Shown in pieces: positions 61,698 to 64,000 of a DNA stretch of 64,000 nt. Within the stretch, counting starts at the first letter, position 1. Each line of letters begins with the position of its first letter. This DNA is from an uncultured Alphaproteobacteria bacterium. Lineage in GTDB: Bacteria; Pseudomonadota; Alphaproteobacteria; Methylaequorales; Methylaequoraceae. Location: contig CACBBU010000001.1 in NCBI GenBank assembly GCA_902537615.1, positions 66,304 through 130,303 on the forward strand. The letters run 5' to 3'. The notes beneath the pieces were generated by a model that saw only the letters and a list, made by a program, of their open reading frames with translations, did not search any database and was not told where the DNA came from. Made by a program: the position numbers and the translations under genes.

Positions 61698-62450
61698 TTA
61701 GTCCTCTGAAAAAAATTTTTTTGGTTTTTTTGGCTTTTTTATATATGTTGCACCCTTTACAAAAAGTTTCAAGGCCTGTAAGTGAATTGCAACTGTAACC
61801 TTGAGGTTTTGAAAAATATTACAAAAAAAAATTCCTAAAAGATTTTTATCGTTCATTTCAATTGATCTTCCGTTAAATGATGCTTCAAAAACTTTTTGAT
61901 TATTCATATTGTAATTTATAAACAAATTAACGAATTTTCTATCAATACTGAAAGTAATAACATAATGGCCATTTATATTAAAAAAAGGAGAAACGTGAAA
62001 TCTTTTTTTTACAATATTTTTTTCATTTATTTCGCAATAATATGAGTGCCTTTCGTTGAATGTGTTGCTAACCTCATAAATTATTGCAGTTGCTTTATTT
62101 TTGTCGTCAAAACCTACAAAAACTGAAATTGGATTAAACACATAACCTAAAATTCTAGGTAAACAAAAAGACTTTATATCATGAATATTTTTTTTTCCTT
62201 TTTGTAAAAATTTTTTTTTTAATATTTTATATGTGTCATTTGATTTTTTACCAACTTCACCATGATCTTTGTCGTAAAATGAAAATAAAGTAAATCTATT
62301 TTTTTTAAAAAATTTATATTTGTGCTTAAAGCTCAATGAAAACCAAAAATAGTAAAAACGATAATTAAATGAATGAGTAAAAGGTTTATACCTTGTATGT
62401 GACACAATACCTTTATACAGAGTATCCATATTGTTATTAATTTTTTCCAT
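61698..62450 (-). CDS. DUF1365 family protein
   Basis: N-terminal LYKGIVSHTRYKPFTHSFNYRFYYFWFSL matches the DUF1365 signature (G.V.H.R..P..H.F.Y). Confidence 0.65.
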   Translation of the reverse strand: MEKINNNMDTLYKGIVSHTRYKPFTHSFNYRFYYFWFSLSFKHKYKFFKKNRFTLFSFYDKDHGEVGKKSNDTYKILKKKFLQKGKKNIHDIKSFCLPRILGYVFNPISVFVGFDDKNKATAIIYEVSNTFNERHSYYCEINEKNIVKKRFHVSPFFNINGHYVITFSIDRKFVNLFINYNMNNQKVFEASFNGRSIEMNDKNLLGIFFCNIFQNLKVTVAIHLQALKLFVKGATYIKKPKKPKKFFSED

Positions 62451-63693
62451 TTTCTCTTTCTAATATTTTTTTTACAACATTCAATGCAGAAGTTACTCCA
62501 TCTTCATGAAAGCCATAACCTAAGTATGCACCACAAAACCAGATATTCCTAGATCCTTGAATTGTTGTTATTTTTTTTTGATTTTCAAATGTGTTGAAAT
62601 CAAACAACGGATGATCATAGTATATTTCTTTGAATATTTTTTTCTTAGAAGGTAAAGTGGAAGGATTAAGAGAGACAAAAATATTTAAATTAGTATCTAA
62701 TTTTTGAAGCTTATTCATCCAGTAGGTTACATTAACACCACTTTTATTTTTTTTATCTTCTATGTAATTCCAACTTGACCATGCCTTTTTAGATTCTGGC
62801 ATCAATTTTTGATCTGAATGAACATAAACTTTATTTTTGGTATACCTTATGTTTTCAAAGAAATTTTTTTTTTCTTCTTTTAAGTTTATTATATTTTTCA
62901 CCTGGTCTGAATGTACAGCAATTATAAGATGATCATATTGTTTTTTTTTTCCCATCACATCAACGAAAATTTTATTACCCTTTCTATATAAAAATTTGAC
63001 AGATCTATTTTTATAGGAAGAAATATTTTTTGAATTTAAAATTTTTTTAACATAATTTTGACTTCCACCTAAAACAGTTCTCCATTTTGGGCGATTAAAA
63101 ATTTTAAGTAGTCCATGATTTAAAAAAAACATTACAAATCTGTTAAAAGGATATTTTTTTATTTCATCTATTTCTGAAGACCAAATGCTAGCTGCCATCG
63201 GATAAAGATGATTGTATTTGTAATAATCTGAATATTTTTTTAAATCTAAATATTCTTGAATTGTATAGTTTTTATATTTTTTTATATGCTTTTTAACTGA
63301 CAAATTAAAAGAAATAATCTCATACAACATCCTCCAAAAATTAAGATTAAATAAATTTTTCTTCTGAGAAAATAGTGATGTCAGATCTGTTCCTGAATAT
63401 TCAATATTGTCAATTTTATTTGAAACAGCAAAAGACATATCACTTGCGTAAGATTTAACATTCAATTCTTCAAAAAGATTACATAGATTTGGATAATTAA
63501 TTTTATTGAATACAATAAAACCGGAGTCAACGCTAATATTCTTCCCTCCATATTGGATTGTTTGTGTATTTGTATGTCCGCCAAAATATGAGTTTTTTTC
63601 AAATAAATCTATTTTGAAATTTTTTGATAGATAATGAGCACAAGATAAACCGGAAATACCACTACCAACCACCGCAATCTTAAAATTCCTCAT
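62437..63693 (-). CDS. NAD/FAD-binding amine-oxidase-like oxidoreductase
   Basis: N-terminal IAVVGSGISGLSCAHYL dinucleotide-binding motif. Overlaps the DUF1365 gene by 14 nt. Confidence 0.8.
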   Translation of the reverse strand: MRNFKIAVVGSGISGLSCAHYLSKNFKIDLFEKNSYFGGHTNTQTIQYGGKNISVDSGFIVFNKINYPNLCNLFEELNVKSYASDMSFAVSNKIDNIEYSGTDLTSLFSQKKNLFNLNFWRMLYEIISFNLSVKKHIKKYKNYTIQEYLDLKKYSDYYKYNHLYPMAASIWSSEIDEIKKYPFNRFVMFFLNHGLLKIFNRPKWRTVLGGSQNYVKKILNSKNISSYKNRSVKFLYRKGNKIFVDVMGKKKQYDHLIIAVHSDQVKNIINLKEEKKNFFENIRYTKNKVYVHSDQKLMPESKKAWSSWNYIEDKKNKSGVNVTYWMNKLQKLDTNLNIFVSLNPSTLPSKKKIFKEIYYDHPLFDFNTFENQKKITTIQGSRNIWFCGAYLGYGFHEDGVTSALNVVKKILERENGKN

Positions 63694-63878
63694 AAAATTA
63701 TATTATGAATAAAAAAAATTAAATTGAATAAAAAAAATCAATATATTGTTTGACAATGGTAGTCAACAACTATATATTGTTATAGGGCTAGTATGATAAT
63801 AACAAAATTTTGTGCAATAACATTCTCATCAATATTTTTGTTGTTACTAGTCTCAAGTCTATTTTAATTTCCTCCAAT

Positions 63879-63910
63879 AAAACCCTGATTTAGTCAGGGT
63901 TTTATTGTTT
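63879..63910. terminator. Bidirectional rho-independent-terminator-like hairpin
   Basis: Perfect 10-bp stem aaaaccctga / tcagggtttt (63879-63888 and 63894-63903) with a 5-nt loop. Flanked by an A-run on the left and a T-run (ttattgtttt) on the right. Confidence 0.45.
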
Positions 63911-64000
63911 TCTGTACAACTGTAACCAATAGTTAGATAAAAGAAAATTTTCATTCAGATCCTTATTTTGAATTGAAAGCTCTGAATTAGTATAGTTATT

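Noticed and set aside
1-64000. Search for tRNA, rRNA, CRISPR repeats, integrase/transposase, and prophage genes
   Set aside because: No GTTCGAATC-type T-arm in a cloverleaf context, no rRNA-like GC-rich conserved blocks, and no regularly spaced direct repeats. No ORF has recombinase, transposase or phage structural motifs. The island at 5.3-21.6 kb therefore does not look like a classical integrative element.

Overview
This is a very AT-rich (about 70% A+T by eye), gene-dense, streamlined alphaproteobacterial segment. Its lysine-rich proteins and the gene content and synteny (acnA divergent from ccmA, fdxA-helicase-carD, gltBD) fit a SAR11/Pelagibacterales-like genome; this is inference, not a database hit. 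No rRNA, tRNA, CRISPR array, integrase or transposase was seen. The window has three parts. (1) From about 0.3 to 21.6 kb lies an accessory glycan-decoration island that resembles an O-antigen or capsule hypervariable region. It carries at least six FkbM-family methyltransferase paralogs plus two divergent FkbM-like paralogs, a B12-binding radical SAM enzyme, a DegT-type sugar aminotransferase, further SAM methyltransferases, a cupin, two glycosyltransferase-like proteins, an SDR, two aldo/keto reductases, a membrane-anchored J-domain protein and a CHMI-type tautomerase. A core tesA-ybbA-ybbP module is embedded in it and it has no mobility genes. (2) The middle is core metabolism: a PQQ-dependent sugar dehydrogenase, gltBD, gmhA with two tandem PagL-like outer-membrane proteins, an M48 protease, carD, fdxA, a SUV3-like helicase, acnA, and a complete contiguous ccmABCDEFGHI operon (ccmD is a 52-aa ORF missing from the supplied track). 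These are followed by pabBC, an FAD oxidoreductase, an orphan two-gene module (a stand-alone cNMP-binding protein plus a 452-aa protein of unknown function), yggT, folD, argG, two EamA transporters, a Tas-like AKR and a BI-1 family protein. (3) The right end holds the conserved SDR, NTF2-like, lipoprotein, MFS, cyclopropane-fatty-acid-synthase-like, DUF1365 and amine-oxidase cluster. The most novel-looking candidates are the orphan cNMP-binding/452-aa pair, the radical-SAM/FkbM-rich glycan methylation island, the divergent FkbM-like paralog pair, the tandem PagL-like genes beside gmhA, and a GC-rich SEC-C-motif micro-ORF.
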